From assembly GCF_008831285.2 (NCBI RefSeq), contig NC_045138.2, forward strand, positions 8,122,001 through 8,186,000: a DNA stretch of 64,000 bases, given 5' to 3'. A program made the translations under genes and the position numbers. The DNA comes from Nymphaea colorata. Taxonomy: Eukaryota. The notes beneath the pieces are model-generated. The model saw only the letters and a program-made list of their open reading frames with translations, did no database searches and was not told the origin of the DNA. Shown here in pieces: positions 26,885 to 39,832 of this stretch. The first letter of the stretch is position 1, and each line of letters starts with the position of its first letter.

Positions 26885-29800
26885 GACTAGCTTTTTAGAG
26901 TCACCCGCGATTTAACTTGATAAATGATTAAAAGAATAACAATGAAAAAAAAGTGATGAGTATTTTTGTTATTTAATATTACTTTACACTTTTTTCTTTT
27001 GTTTTTCTCTCAAGTATTTATTGCTTGAGAGGATGACTTTAGTTAAATAGTTAGGTGACTCTGTATAGATAGAGTATTCGTTCAATCACTATATATAAAG
27101 AAAAAGAAGTTAAAATCCTATTTCAGATGCACAGCCCTATTCTCTCTCTCTCTCCCTCTATATATATATATATATACACACATGTGAACATACACACATG
27201 AAGTTGACAATTTAGTGAAGCAAAGAGGAGAAAAAAGACAAGACAGGCCCTCTTCATTCTCATACCAAAATGGGTTTTTAGCGATCGCGTTGTAACTCAA
27301 GTCTTTAGATGAAAAAGCTAAAAGTTTGATGGTCTGTTGTCATTAAATGAAAAGTTAAGATATCGATTGTTAAATATCAATTCCAAATGCGAAACGCGCT
27401 TAAAAGATGCATATTATAAAGAGTCTTAGTGTGCCCCTAAACAAGGATTTAAGTAGGCAAACAGGAAAAAAAAAACCTAAGCTAATGTGGAATATGGGAT
27501 GTAATTTAAATCCAAAACAAAGCAAAATACAGATTAGGTATCATTTCAAATATTTAAGCTCATGATTAGTGCCAGCTCTTCCATCAATATGAATTGTTTA
27601 GTCGACATGATTGAATAGCTCGTACCTTTTTATTATTCAATAAGCTTTTTAGCTTAGAGTTTTTGTTATCTTTTTTGAGTTGATATATCATATATCTAAT
27701 GTTAACATAGGAAGAATAAATTAAAGAGTTGATCAAAACAAGGTACGATAGTACTTAATTTAAATATTTTAGATAGATATCGGTAACAAAAACTTTGCAT
27801 TTTTTAAAATATTGTATCCATGAATGCACTCCGAAAGACACATCGAAATGCGTATGGCAACAAAAATACTAACATAATGTTCTATAAATCCGTTTTAAAG
27901 GAAAGGTTCAAACAGATTTATGAAATATTAGAATGCAGTATCTTATGAATTTCTTCTCATCTTAAGAACAGATTCATGTAGTACAATGCGGTATAAACGC
28001 TCTCTCCATATTGTTTGGCCGTGAGAACAACAAAATATTGTTCCATGTCTATGCTCCAAACATGGGGGCAGTAGATTCATGCATGAAATGGTGTGTAATG
28101 TCTCCTTCATGCAACAATAATAACAATAAGTTTCAAAAAACGCATCATTCCCATTACTAAATGCTCTCCTGGTGTCATGAAAAGAGTTTTTAAAGTGTAA
28201 TTGATACCATCCACTCACTTGTACGCCTAAATAAACCTTGTTCAATGTGCTTTTAAAGTAATTTAATTGCATACTTTCTAACGAGTCACTAGTTAAACTG
28301 AGTTTGATTGAATTTTACGAGAAAAAGTCCCTCACCATGTTGCAGGTGTTACATAAAAGTTTTGAAAAATGATATTTCAGCCTCTATAGTAATTTTCAAA
28401 CTATAATTCGGTCATTTTCATAAAAAATTCCTTACTGCAGCCTTAGTCATATGAATGGTTCATCTTTTTGTTGGCTTAGCACAATTTTCTCTTTTAAGAT
28501 AATTGTAAACTGACAATTAACGTTTAAATAAGTATAAAATCAAAATCACAAAACGATATAATATGTATATATGGCACCTAGTTTACTTAATTAATAGTAA
28601 TTTTCAACTGACATTATTTTGCACCAAGGAAGTAAAGCTCAACGGCTTTTAGTGCAATAAAAGTTGACAGCCTAAGAAAATGTGAATCTGTTTCTTTGAA
28701 ATGTGATGTATGGAGATAGTTGGATGACACCTTCAAAAATTCCTTTTTACAAAGCAAATCTTGTTTTGAAAATTTGTTAATGAGTTTTGTCAAGCTTTCA
28801 ATAAAAAAAAAATTGAGGGAGAGTGGAGCCCAAGCTTTTTGACTTCATTTAAAAAATTGGCCGTGGTCAAACCCAGTTTTCATGTCATCCAGAACCTGGT
28901 TTGGATTGTCATTCAAGTGCTCCCTTGTGATTTAACATAAAACAGTTATTTTATGTATAACATCAAATTATTAAGCGTGGGCCAAGTACCCAACTGGTAC
29001 TTGGTACCTAGTCCCACTTGAGCCTAGGTCTGATTGGTCAACCTCATAAATTATTGAGCTGAGTTGGGTTAGCGCAAATCACCCTAATAACTCATTTAAA
29101 ATATTATTTTATTTGAAAAAATATATACATATTTTATTTTATTATTTATATGTTATAATATATTATATTTTTATGTATATTATATTATAATTTTCATGCA
29201 TATGTCAGTCATTGAGCCCGGCCGCCTGGCCCAGCCAAAATGCCCGGCCCTACAAATTATATGAATCTAGACTCTTTTGGGACATATCGAAACTTATATA
29301 TAGTATTCAATGGTGTGATTCTAATGTTCCTTACATCACCACCATTTGATCAAATGGTCCAATGTTTTATGGATTAAAACTTGGCAGCTTTATTATTAAA
29401 AAACAATTTTTTTTTTCCAATAAGTAAAGTAGTAAACATGTTGAATTTATATATTTATGCCACTGGATTTAATGAAACAACTGATTTTAACAAGACAGAA
29501 TTATTTATATAGAATTAAAAAGAGTATAAAAGGACACGAACTATTTGGTCCAATAATAAATTACTGCTCAACTTTTAAAAGTCGACAAATAAGGGCTCGA
29601 TTTTTAAGAGAAATTTGCAAAAAGTGCAACTTATCAATAGACAAAATTAATTTCTTATCAATAGAAAAAAATCAAATTTTCTAATCCTAGAAAGAGAAAA
29701 AAAGATTTCTAGTTCACGAAAACGGTGGACTGTTTGTTTCAGAATAATAAGTAGAAGAAAAGCGTTGTAGCAATTCCTACGCCAAAGGATTGAATTAATT

Positions 29801-31743
29801 AGCTTATCAGTCCCGCACCTTCCGTCTTCTACTTAGAGACGTTAAGCAAGGAATTCGGGATTCATTACCACGAAATCCGGGGGAGGAATTTGGAAATCTT
29901 GGATTTCGTTGACAGGATTTGGTATCTTCCGAGTTGGCACCGGAAAAGGTCGCCGGTACTTTGCTTTCCATGGCACCTTTTTATACATTTTTTCTTTCAC
30001 TTGTTTTATAATTTTTTCGTCAATAAAATATTTAAAAGTGCCCTTAAAAAAACGCAACTTGTGAAATTAAATACTTTAAATAATACCTGTAAAGCGTTGA
30101 TGTGCCTGGAAATCGTCATGTTTAGTCAGAAGTGCGAGCTTGTGTTGGATAATGTCATCTACGATTATTCTTCTCAAACACTTTTTTTTTTTTTTTTTTT
30201 TCTCTGGCTTCATTCGCAGCCTGTGACGGAAGGAAAAGTACGTCGTTGTGTAGTCCATGGAGGGCATCTTTTTCCCCCTTTTTCTGAAAAGCAGCAAAAG
30301 TATTATGGATATCGCGGCGATTCCAGCAAATGCTTGCTTGAACAGTTAAGAATTATATATATATATATATATATATATAGCAAATGCTTGCTTCAACAGT
30401 TAAGAATTTGCTATATATATATATTATACATTGGATGATGAGAATGAAATTTTAGAGTAATGACTAAGCTGTTCTGTTCGATTTAAGATGATGATCGATT
30501 TAAAGTAAAATAACAATAAAATAATAATTGACATTTTCTTCATCTAAGTATTAATTGGTACGTTTTTCTTTTTAAAAAGTTAAAAATTTAAAACAAATAA
30601 AAAAAAATTGAATGAAATACTTTGGAAAGAATATTCCATGGATCTTGAAAAACAAATTTTCATTTTTTAGAATAGTCTTATATATTGAAGAATGCACATG
30701 CTATATTAGTAGGACACATAACCTTATATATAACTAATATTATATTATTTCATCAAAATATGACTTACAAGCTTATTTATACTTATGGTTATTTGAAATT
30801 TACAAAATATAATTAAATGATGATAATCTAAGCTACACAATTTTTTCTATTAGCGTATTGGCCATAGCTACCTGTAGCCCATAATAATCAGATCCTAAAT
30901 ATTGAACGACTTCATAAACTTCTTAAATTTCTAGTAGTGAATAATTTTAAAAACTGTTAAGACTTCTAAACTAAATAGGGGTAAAAATTTGTAGAGCACA
31001 TATGCATTAGAACCATATTGAGGAACATAGTGACTGTTTCCCTATAAAAATAACTTGGATATTAGTTAATAAATGAATAAAGCAATAATTTTTCAAAAAG
31101 GTATTAATTATGAAAGAGAGCGAGACAGTTAGTTTTAATTTTTTCTATAAAATAAAAAATTACAAAATCACTCACACTCTTTTGATAATTTTTATATATT
31201 GGTATTCAAGTTTGTGACCCATGACTTTTTAACGGTAACAACTAACAACAACAAAAATCCAACACAAAAATAAGAAGATCAAATCATGTTTGACACCGAC
31301 GCAGCTTAGGACCCCGAAGGCAGGGAGAATGGGGGGCCTTCGAGCATTTTTCGAGCGGTGGGATTAATTCCCTTTGCTCACTCAAAATCATGTTCGACCT
31401 CATTGATTCATGTTAATCACAACCAATTGAACTGATAAAGAAAAAAACAACTATATAAATTGTTTCTGGCACTCATCTATTTTGACTTTTTCTTTTCTCT
31501 CACTACAAAAAATTAGATAGTACCGTACCGTTGTATCGCAACGGAAGGGTAGCGATTATTATGGAAAACGGAAATTTACTTCTCCCGTTATCCTTATGTT
31601 CTCGTTTGAGAATATTACCCGTCGATTAGTTCTTGGAGTTGGAAGGAAATAAATAAGCACTGGACAAGAAAAAAACGAGAACAGATTTTAGGTAAATCCA
31701 AGATGGGGAGATGCGGAGCGGGTGAAAAATTGAAATGGCATGA

Positions 31744-31747
<4 letters not shown>

Positions 31748-31787
<40 letters not shown>

Positions 31788-31898
31788 GTGGATACTTTTG
31801 AGATTGTGACGAGGAGGATAAAGACATATCCATAACAACAAAAAACAGAGAGATCGGAAAACAACCTATTTACAGAGAGAGAGTTAGAGAGAGAGAGA
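31748..31898 (+). promoter_or_regulatory. (GA)n tracts upstream of the gene, possible BBR/BPC binding sites
   Basis: Two GA-repeat runs about 0.6-0.7 kb upstream of the ATG, followed by a CT-rich stretch (about 31960-32000). Confidence 0.45.
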
Positions 31899-32105
31899 GG
31901 TGGACTTGGTGGCGTTTTGGAGGGAGGGAGAAGACTTGCTCTTTAGGTCGGTCCCATACCCTCCTGCCCCTCTTTTTCCTTCCTTCTTCCTTTTCATCTA
32001 CTGCCATTCTGGGCTCTTTGTTTGTGGGGGCTCTTTTCCGTGTTCCTAGTTCGAGACCCCAGCGTTTTGGTGTTCTGGCATCTGCCTTGCGGGGTATAGG
32101 AAAAG

Positions 32106-32221
32106 GTAAGTGAAGAAATGCAGCAGTCTTCTTAATCTCTCCTCAAATTTTCTTTGACTATTTCTTTGTATGCTTGCTCAACATGACATCAAATGGGTGT
32201 TGCCATTTTTGTTCTCGGCAG
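32106..32221 (+). other. Putative 5'UTR intron
   Basis: Consensus AG|GTAAGT donor at 32106 and pyrimidine-rich ttgttctcggcag acceptor ending at 32221; 116 nt. Confidence 0.55.
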
Positions 32222-32453
32222 ATAAAGGTCGAACAGAGAGCAGGACAGAAGGAAAGAGAGAACCAGTTCTTTGCCCCTTTCATTCCCTTGGTGAAACTCC
32301 GGGGCTACCCTTTTTCTTCTTCTTATTCCTTTACCTTTTCTTTCTTCTGTTTTGGCGATTTGGAACGTGCTATTGGAGAGGAGTTGATTGATCGGAGAGG
32401 TGGTGGTAGGGGGTGGGGGGTGTGATCGGGAGGTGGGGAGGGGTCAGGGAGTG

Positions 32454-32825
32454 ATGGTTGTGAAGATGATGAAGTGGCGGCCATGGCCGCCCCTCATCAC
32501 GAAGAAATACCAGGTGAAACTGGTTTTGAAGAGGATCGAAGGGGTGGTACTGGAGGAGGCGCCCGCTGCCGGAGGCGGCGAAGGAACTAGATTCATGGTG
32601 GAGATCAAATGGAAAGGGCAGAAGCCTGCTTTTACGTCCTTGAGGAGGAAGGTTGTCAGGAATTTCACGGCGGAGCGCACTGTCTCGAAGAAGAAGGACG
32701 GCCAAGAGGAGGGAGATGGAGGGGTGGTCGTGGAATGGCAAGAGGAGTTTTCAAACGTGTGCACTCTCTCGTCTTACAAAGAGAATTGCTTTCATCCGTG
32801 GGAGATTTCCTTCACCCTGTTGAAT
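32454..32825 (+). CDS. Exon 1 of NT-type C2 (EEIG1/EHBP1 N-terminal) domain protein
   Basis: ATG at 32454 gives MVVKMMKWRPWPP...VEIKWKG...WQEEF...FHPWEISFTLLN, typical of this plant family. GT donor (gtaggc) at 32826, phase 0, 124 codons. Confidence 0.9.
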
Positions 32826-33691
32826 GTAGGCGGACTTTCCTTTCCCTTTCTTTTGCTCCTCTTTCTCTTACTTTCTTTTGCGAGGGGAAGAAGCGTTTCT
32901 CTCCCCTGTTTCGTTCCTATATCTACGTTGCGCATTTATTTCTGCGTTGAGTTGCTTCGTACTGATTTATCCAGGCCCGATGGTTTCCTTTTCACCGTTT
33001 GTTTTTATCCATGGTTGTATACTTTCTAATCTATCGAGCATGGGCGATTATCTTTTTCTTTTTTTTATGCATTTAGTGGAAAGTAATATCCTTTAAGACT
33101 GAGGGCTACCACTTTGTGCTTTGAACTGTTAAGATTATGTGATTTATGGAACGTGTGATTTAGTTTTTCATTTTCCTTCTCTTTTGCTCTTGCTTGTAAA
33201 AAATGGTTCTCATTTTCTGTTTTTTTTTCCCCTTTTGATATATGTTACTAACTGAAGCATCATTGATATTGTTCCTAATGGGAGAATGGAGGTGTTCATT
33301 AGATGATGCCTAGGATTTTGGAATTGTGTTAATAAGACTTTGTGGTCATTACTAGGATTCTGATATAAAATCTGTTACTAGGTCCTTTGTTTTTATGTAT
33401 CTGTTTGGTGCTGGCTTCTATTGCCAAACTTGTTCCATTTTGTTGTTTGTCCCGTGGTTTAGTTTGGTAGAAGCACTATCTCTTTCCCTTATATGGCAAC
33501 AAATTCCAATTTTTTTTCTTGTGCATCATTGTTTTAGCGGTTTGCTTGATAATCATATATTGAACAAGGGCATAACTTTTGGAACTTCAGATTCTTTTTT
33601 TCATCAAGGTAAGTGTAAAATTTCCATGACCAGGCATGGGTCATGGCTGTGTGAAAACTTTGTTGTGGTTGAAGGCCTGATGCTAATAACG

Positions 33692-34200
33692 TGATTGTTA
33701 CTTGTTAGTCTTTCACTACTGCTGAACAGTTTAATCTGATATAGCTTTCTATGTCTGTGCTAGTGTCCCTAACTCCCTATATTAATATTTCATAGCTACT
33801 AAGGACATGATAGTTCTTTTTATGGGGGATTGTATGATGTAAACCTATTCAAAAGTGGATTCTTGGTTCAAATATTCTTTCCTTGTAGGTATTCTAAATA
33901 TTCCAATGTTACTAGTTAATTCACCTAGAAGATTGTTAATTCAAGTAACATGATTGTTAATCTTTCACTATTGCTGAACAGTTTATCTGATAGAGCTTTC
34001 TGTGTCTGTGCTAGTGTCCCTACATTAATATTTCATAGCTACTAAGGACATGGTAGTTCTTTTTATGGGGGATTGTATGATGTAAACCTATTCAAAAGTG
34101 GGATGTAAACCTATTCAAAAGTGGATTCTTGGTTCAAATATTCTTTCCTTGTAGGTATTCTAAATATTCAAATGTTACTAGTTAATTCACCTAGAAGATT
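33692..34200. repeat. About 250-bp tandem duplication in intron 1
   Basis: tctttcacta...cacctagaagatt occurs at about 33709-33934 and 33961-34200. Copy 2 has an extra 22-bp duplication (gatgtaaacctattcaaaagtg). Confidence 0.9.
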
Positions 34201-34688
34201 CTCCTTTCTAGAGCATACTTTTTGGGAAACAGTTGGTGGGAAAGAATTGGATTTCTTAATATCCTTTTTTAATTTTGTTTTGTTTTGTTTTGGAGGGGTT
34301 TGAATTCACCCAGAGTGTCCATTATGTGAAACACGGACTGAATACTGGTTGAGAATAAGTATAACAGAACTTCACAGTTTAAGTCGCTTGAATCTATTAA
34401 CATGTTGTTGTACAGACCTTATTTATGAATTTAGGTGACAGTCACATTTTGTATTCTGCTAGGCTTTGCATTTTGATGTTTTATGTTTTAGTGCTATGGC
34501 CTTTTGCTGTCCATTAGAAAAATGCTGATATTACTGGAGAACAATTTGGGCTTCGTTTCACTCTTTATTATGTGCATGATCAGTTGTTGGGACTCCCTTT
34601 TCTTATGAAGAAATTTCTTTGGAAAAACAGTTATACCTCTTATTCAAGATTGTTTTATCACATCTCACTTGATGTCACTATATTTTAG

Positions 34689-34844
34689 GTCTCAAGTCAG
34701 GGACCAAAAAACAAAATGACTGTTACTGGGACTGCAACAGTCAACTTGGCAGACTTTGTGGCTGCAATGGAAGAGAAGGAAGTTGAGTCAAATGTTCTTG
34801 TCGCTTTGCCAGGCGGGTCTGCTCAACCTCAACCAACACTGACT
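34689..34844 (+). CDS. Exon 2 of NT-C2 domain protein (not in the ORF track)
   Basis: ttttag acceptor ends at 34688. Reads VSSQGPKNKMTVTGTATVNLADFVAAMEEKEVESNVLVALPGGSAQPQPTLT, whose G-x-A-x-x-N-L-A-D/E-F motif continues the NT-C2 domain. gtgagg donor at 34845; 156 nt, phase 0/0. Confidence 0.85.
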
Positions 34845-35058
34845 GTGAGGGCCATATAAGACTCTTTTATTTATATCCTATCATCAATTAGCTTTTGTTG
34901 TACAAAACTGCAAAGACGATAAATACCCAAAAATTGAAATTACGTAGCCAATAGCATTTTTTGTGCATGACACTTCTTTGCCTTGCTCCATATCTGCATG
35001 TCCATATAATATGTTTCTTTTGCTTATTATGTAGATTTCTTTTTGGTCAAAATTGCAG

Positions 35059-35739
35059 TTCTCTTTCAGCTTGTTGGAACTGAGAAATGCTCAAGAACCT
35101 TCTGAATCTGTTCCAAGATTACCTGCAGCGTTGTCCCCTCTGAGTGAGGAAGCTTCACTTGGTGAGAAAGAAGAGCTTTCAGCCCTCAAAGCCAGCCTGA
35201 GAAAAGTCAAAATATTAACCAACTATGTGTCTACTCGGAGAACAAAGAAGGCATTTAGAGAGGATGAAAGCAGTGATGGAAGATACTCTGGCCCCAGTGA
35301 TGATGCTGAATATGCATACCCATTTGATACAGATTCCATTGGCGATGCTGATCAAGGGGTTAATGATGACAAAGAAAGCTCTAGCTTTAGAAAATCATTC
35401 AGCTATGGAACACTGTCATCAGCAAACTATGTTGGTGGATCTTATTACCCTGGAATAGGAATTGATGAAGGCAATGAGGGATGGGTCTATTACAGCAATC
35501 ACAGGTCTGAGGCAGGTGGCTCTCTTGCTGAGGAGTCATCATCAGGTTATGTGGAGCCATCTAGTATACAGTCATCAAAGCGGAGCATTCTTCCTTGGAG
35601 GAAAAGGAAGCTTAGTTTCAGATCACCAAAGTCAAAGGGAGAGCCACTCCTAAAGAAACAATATGCTGAAGAAGGTGGTGATGACATTGATTTTGATCGT
35701 CGACAGCTCAGCTCATCAGACGAGTCTTTTGCTCTAGGG
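35059..35739 (+). CDS. Exon 3 of NT-C2 domain protein (acidic/Ser-rich linker with basic PWRKRKLSFRSPK motif)
   Basis: tgcag acceptor ends at 35058. Reads FSFSLLELR...EEGGDDIDFDRRQLSS; gtatgt donor at 35740; 227 codons, phase 0/0. Confidence 0.9.
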
Positions 35740-36197
35740 GTATGTATTACGCGTGCATAATATGTTATACTGTCATTGTTATTATATGCCAAATGAGTAT
35801 GCGATGATGCATTTTCATATAATCCAATGGATTCAGTTGATCTGAAAATGCCATTTTTTTTTTAATTATGAATGGTCATTATAGCATCTAAACTTATTAT
35901 GTTTGAAGATAAATAAATAACATGCTTCTCAGATGTCCTGTTATTTTTTGTAGATTTTTATGTATCTGCCTTCTGGTTTTTGGTGCATTGTTTTTAATCT
36001 CTCCATGATTTTTGTCTGTTATGCTCTATGAATAAAGATATTGATGACGGTGTTGTGTTAAAAAACTGAAGGCCATGGCAATGTCATTATTGTTTAGCCA
36101 CAGTTTATCCCTCTCAAGCGGTCCTCCGAAAAGCAATTTGTCCAAGTTGTTTACTTTTTTGGATGATCATTAACTAATGTATTTCATGCTCTTGCAG

Positions 36198-37244
36198 TGG
36201 ACTAAAGGGGAGGAGGATGCAGCTGCAAATCGGTCCTCTGTGTCAGACTTTGGAGATGACAGTTTTGCTGTAGGCCATTGGGAGAGCAAAGAAGTAATCA
36301 GTCGGGATGGACACATGAAGCTGTGCACAGAAGTATTTTTTGCTTCCATCGATCAGCGCAGTGAACGAGCTGCTGGTGAGAGTGCATGCACTGCTCTTGT
36401 CGCTGTAATTGCAGATTGGTTGCAGTGCAACAGAGACATTATGCCTAACAAGTCACAGTTTGATAGCCTGATCAGAGAAGGTTCACTGGAATGGAGGAAT
36501 TTATGTGAGAACGAGGCCTACATGCAGCGGTTTCCAGACAAACATTTTGATCTAGAAACAGTTCTCGAAGCGAAGGTCCGGCCGCTTTCAGTTAAACATG
36601 AGAAATCTTTTGTGGGCTTCTTCCATCCTGATGGAATGGATGATGGGTTTGAATTCTTACAAGGTGCAATGTCATTTGATAGCATCTGGGAGGAGATCAG
36701 CAATGCTATGTTGAACTGTTCAGATTGTGGACCCCATGTTTACATTGTAAGCTGGAACGATCACTTTTTCATCCTCAAAGTTGAAGCTGATGCATACTAC
36801 ATTGTTGACACACTTGGAGAAAGGCTTTTTGAAGGTTGTAGTGAAGCTTATATTCTGAAGTTCAACAAAGATACCTCCATCTTCAAATTACCAGAAGAAC
36901 CTGAGGGTAAATCCCCCAATGATTCCCAGACATCCCTTGTGGAACCAAAAGGCCAGCAGCAGCCTGAGGTCGATGCAAGTGGATCATCAGAGAAAGAAGC
37001 AATGGACAACAACACGACTCAAGATGAGCTCATATGCAGTGGAAAGGAGTCATGCAAGGAGTACATCAAGAATTTCTTAGCCGCCATTCCTTTGAGGGAA
37101 TTGCAGGTGGATATCAAGAAGGGCTTGATGACTACTCCTCTTCATCAACGTCTGCAGATTGAGTTCCACTACACAGCATACTTCACACCACCCTCTACAG
37201 AAGTAGCTGTAGTACAGGTGCCCACAGAACCATCTCTAACATGA
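36198..37244 (+). CDS. Exon 4 (terminal) of NT-C2 domain protein; conserved C-terminal domain
   Basis: ttgcag acceptor ends at 36197; open to TGA at 37242-37244. Motifs: SIDQRSERAAGESACTALV, FPDKHFDLETVL, YIVSWNDHFF, LHQRLQIEFHYT. Spliced total 124+52+227+348 = 751 aa. Confidence 0.92.
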   Translation, partial: WTKGEEDAAANRSSVSDFGDDSFAVGHWESKEVISRDGHMKLCTEVFFASIDQRSERAAGESACTALVAVIADWLQCNRDIMPNKSQFDSLIREGSLEWRNLCENEAYMQRFPDKHFDLETVLEAKVRPLSVKHEKSFVGFFHPDGMDDGFEFLQGAMSFDSIWEEISNAMLNCSDCGPHVYIVSWNDHFFILKVEADAYYIVDTLGERLFEGCSEAYILKFNKDTSIFKLPEEPEGKSPNDSQTSLVEPKGQQQPEVDASGSSEKEAMDNNTTQDELICSGKESCKEYIKNFLAAIPLRELQVDIKKGLMTTPLHQRLQIEFHYTAYFTPPSTEVAVVQVPTEPSLT

Positions 37245-39832
37245 AAATCATTGGAGTCGAAGATTCCAATGATACTTTTGATCGAAGAAAGTTATTTATG
37301 CTTTTAACAATTTAACACAACTCGTCAACCTTCTGTACATGGCTTCCTTGACCTGTTTTTTTCTTTCTTGTTTCCTGTGTATGTCACCCTTACTTCTGGC
37401 TTCTGTTTTCTTGATGCTGTCATAAACGTTACGGTTACTACCTCTCTTAACAAGAAAAATTTGTGTTAGCTTTCAATCTAGTTATCTTGAGAACTGTTAA
37501 ATTCTTTAATGGTGGTAATATAGAAGGCTTGTTCTAAAAGTTTTTTTTGTCTTTTTTCCTTAGTATTTTGCTCGTTCTCAATGCTGCACTGACTTCTTGT
37601 CTTTCTGTCATGCAATCCTGTACAGAGGGTGATTTTCTTTAGTGGTGGTAGGTTGTGGTAGCCATGGCTGACTTTGGGTGGAGTGGACGTTTGGTGTGCT
37701 TTTTAAAATTGCCCCACCAATATCATCTGTCTGTCTTTGCTTTTAGCAGGTGGGTCCTATGAGTTTGAATGCCAACCACCAAAATGACTCCAAGTGTTAT
37801 TGCGAACTTGCTGTTATCTCACATACGCTGGTGGGATGCATTTACCACCACTGGAAAATCGTTCATCCGCCTATGAAGTCCAATTCCCCAATAGCATACC
37901 CAAATTTAAGAAGTCACTGTCATAAAATTGTTTCTGCAGAAAAGTCCGCAGGAAAGGTTTGCTGGTTTTCAAAATTTCTTGTTTTTTATAATGAAGATTG
38001 TCAGGATGGCTAAAATTTGAAAGTGAAAAAGCAACAAAAACGTCAGGACCCTCTTTTTAATCGAGTTAAAAACTTAAAAGAATTGCTGCATAACAAGAAA
38101 AGACAGGATTGGTGATAGTCACCTTTCCTCTGCAATGCATGGGCATTTGACGATCACAGGTAAAAGTGAGTTTCTCCAAAAGTAGGCAATTGTTGAGGTA
38201 GCTGCTATGTAACGCTCTGGTTGGTTAAAAGGAAGCGTCCCAAGGGGCTCCTCCAGGAATCAAAGCTCCTAGCTAGTAAAGGAAAAAAAAGGAAAGGGAA
38301 ATTTCCTTCCTGGGGCCTATTTCTTTTCTTATAATCTAAAAAAGGGGACCACATTTAGTCTTCTTAATGAGAACCACCCTTTTCGTAAAATCTGCCAAGG
38401 TTAAAACATGAAAAAGCGAAGCTTAGCAGAAAACAATAAAATGCAACAATTTAATAGAGGATTGAAAGAAGTTTGCAAGTAGAGATTAACTTCAGTTAAG
38501 GTCTGCATTCAACAGTTCCCACAAAGACTCTTATAAGAAAATCACAAATCTGAATGCCCTTTTAAAATCAAAATCAACATGAGGTCCAAAACAAAAAATT
38601 TTCAGGAAAAGAGAAAAACCAGTGGTAGTGGGCAGAGGTCCAAAAGAGGCCTAGCAGTTGGAGAGGGGGAAAAGGTATTGCTTGGGGCCTTGGCTCTCTC
38701 AACATTTAAAAGGAAAAGAATTCAAAAGGAAAAACGCCAACACGTGCACTGTTGAATATTGGCAGGCTGGAAAGATGGAGAGAATCATGGCAGCTGCACA
38801 TGGGCGCCTTGCAGTGGGGGACTGTGGTCCTTCTTCTTCCACCATGGATTTTGTTCCTTCTTGGAGAGTTCAAAGGGGAAGACAGCCTCCCTTCCCTTCC
38901 TGCTCGTCCATCTGTCCTTCTTGGGGTTCCCAGACTTCTGCCACTCCGTGCCTCGGCATCGCCCATGTCCAGCTCGCTCTCCCAAAGATACTCCCATGTT
39001 CTCGAGTTGATCAGCTCTTTTAGCGTTCCATGTGCCCGAGTTTGATCTGGTCATCTTCCTTTTAGGGTGCTTGTGAGATGGTGCTTGCCTCGTGATTCAG
39101 TTTAAAAGTTGGATTTGGACCCAAAGTTGGACTCGGATTGAGTTGGGAGTTAAAAAATCAATTTCTGGTCAGATTTGGATTCATATATAGTATAGTTTTT
39201 TTCTTAATCTGCATTCGAATACGAATTCAAATCCGAATATATATATGATCTTTCGATAAAATGGCCGATCGATGTGGTAAAGAGTTCATCGGATTCGGTG
39301 TTTCTCTTTCTTTTGCTATGTATATAGATCATCGTTGCATAAAGGCAAAAATGAAAATATTAAACACCAAAAATTTGTTATGTGAAGTGTTGTAATATCT
39401 ACGGCAATTTTCAATCAAGTCCCACCTCATAATCTAGATTGAATGAAGCAGTGTTGTGATACAGTAGTAGTTTATAGAAGCGATGCAGCTCATTAGTTGT
39501 TCAACATGGTCTATAAGAATGAACCATTTTTCGAGGAAACATTTTTTGGGTTGGAAACATGTTGATGAATTCTAATTTCTCAAGTATTATGAGGAAGCCT
39601 CCTTCTCAAGAAAACGGACATGTACCTGTCTTAGCAATATCGTTGGATTCTATCATTCCTAATTAAGACTTCAATTAGGGTTAGACTTGGTTTGAGGATA
39701 TTGACATTTTGTATTGTATAAAATTCAATTCAAGTCCAACTCTAATGCATTTTGCTGTCCCAACTGTGCAACATGCTTGCAACTCCTCAACTTTGCTTGA
39801 CACATAAAAGCAAATACCAATAGGGCTGAACA

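Noticed and set aside
29890..30438. 182-aa ORF
   Set aside because: Non-ATG start, spans poly-T and TA microsatellite, no recognisable motif.
32370..32950. Overlapping antisense and alternative-frame ORFs on exon 1
   Set aside because: By-products of a GC-rich, stop-poor coding exon.
32388..33029. 213-aa ORF as a complete gene
   Set aside because: It starts at a TTG upstream of the real ATG (32454) and reads through the donor at 32826 into intron 1.
35066..35069. Alternative acceptor for exon 3
   Set aside because: It is 11 nt downstream of the chosen acceptor and shifts the frame.
38658..39054. Five overlapping ORFs downstream of the gene
   Set aside because: Locally higher GC gives ORFs in most frames; no splice-consistent model or motif.
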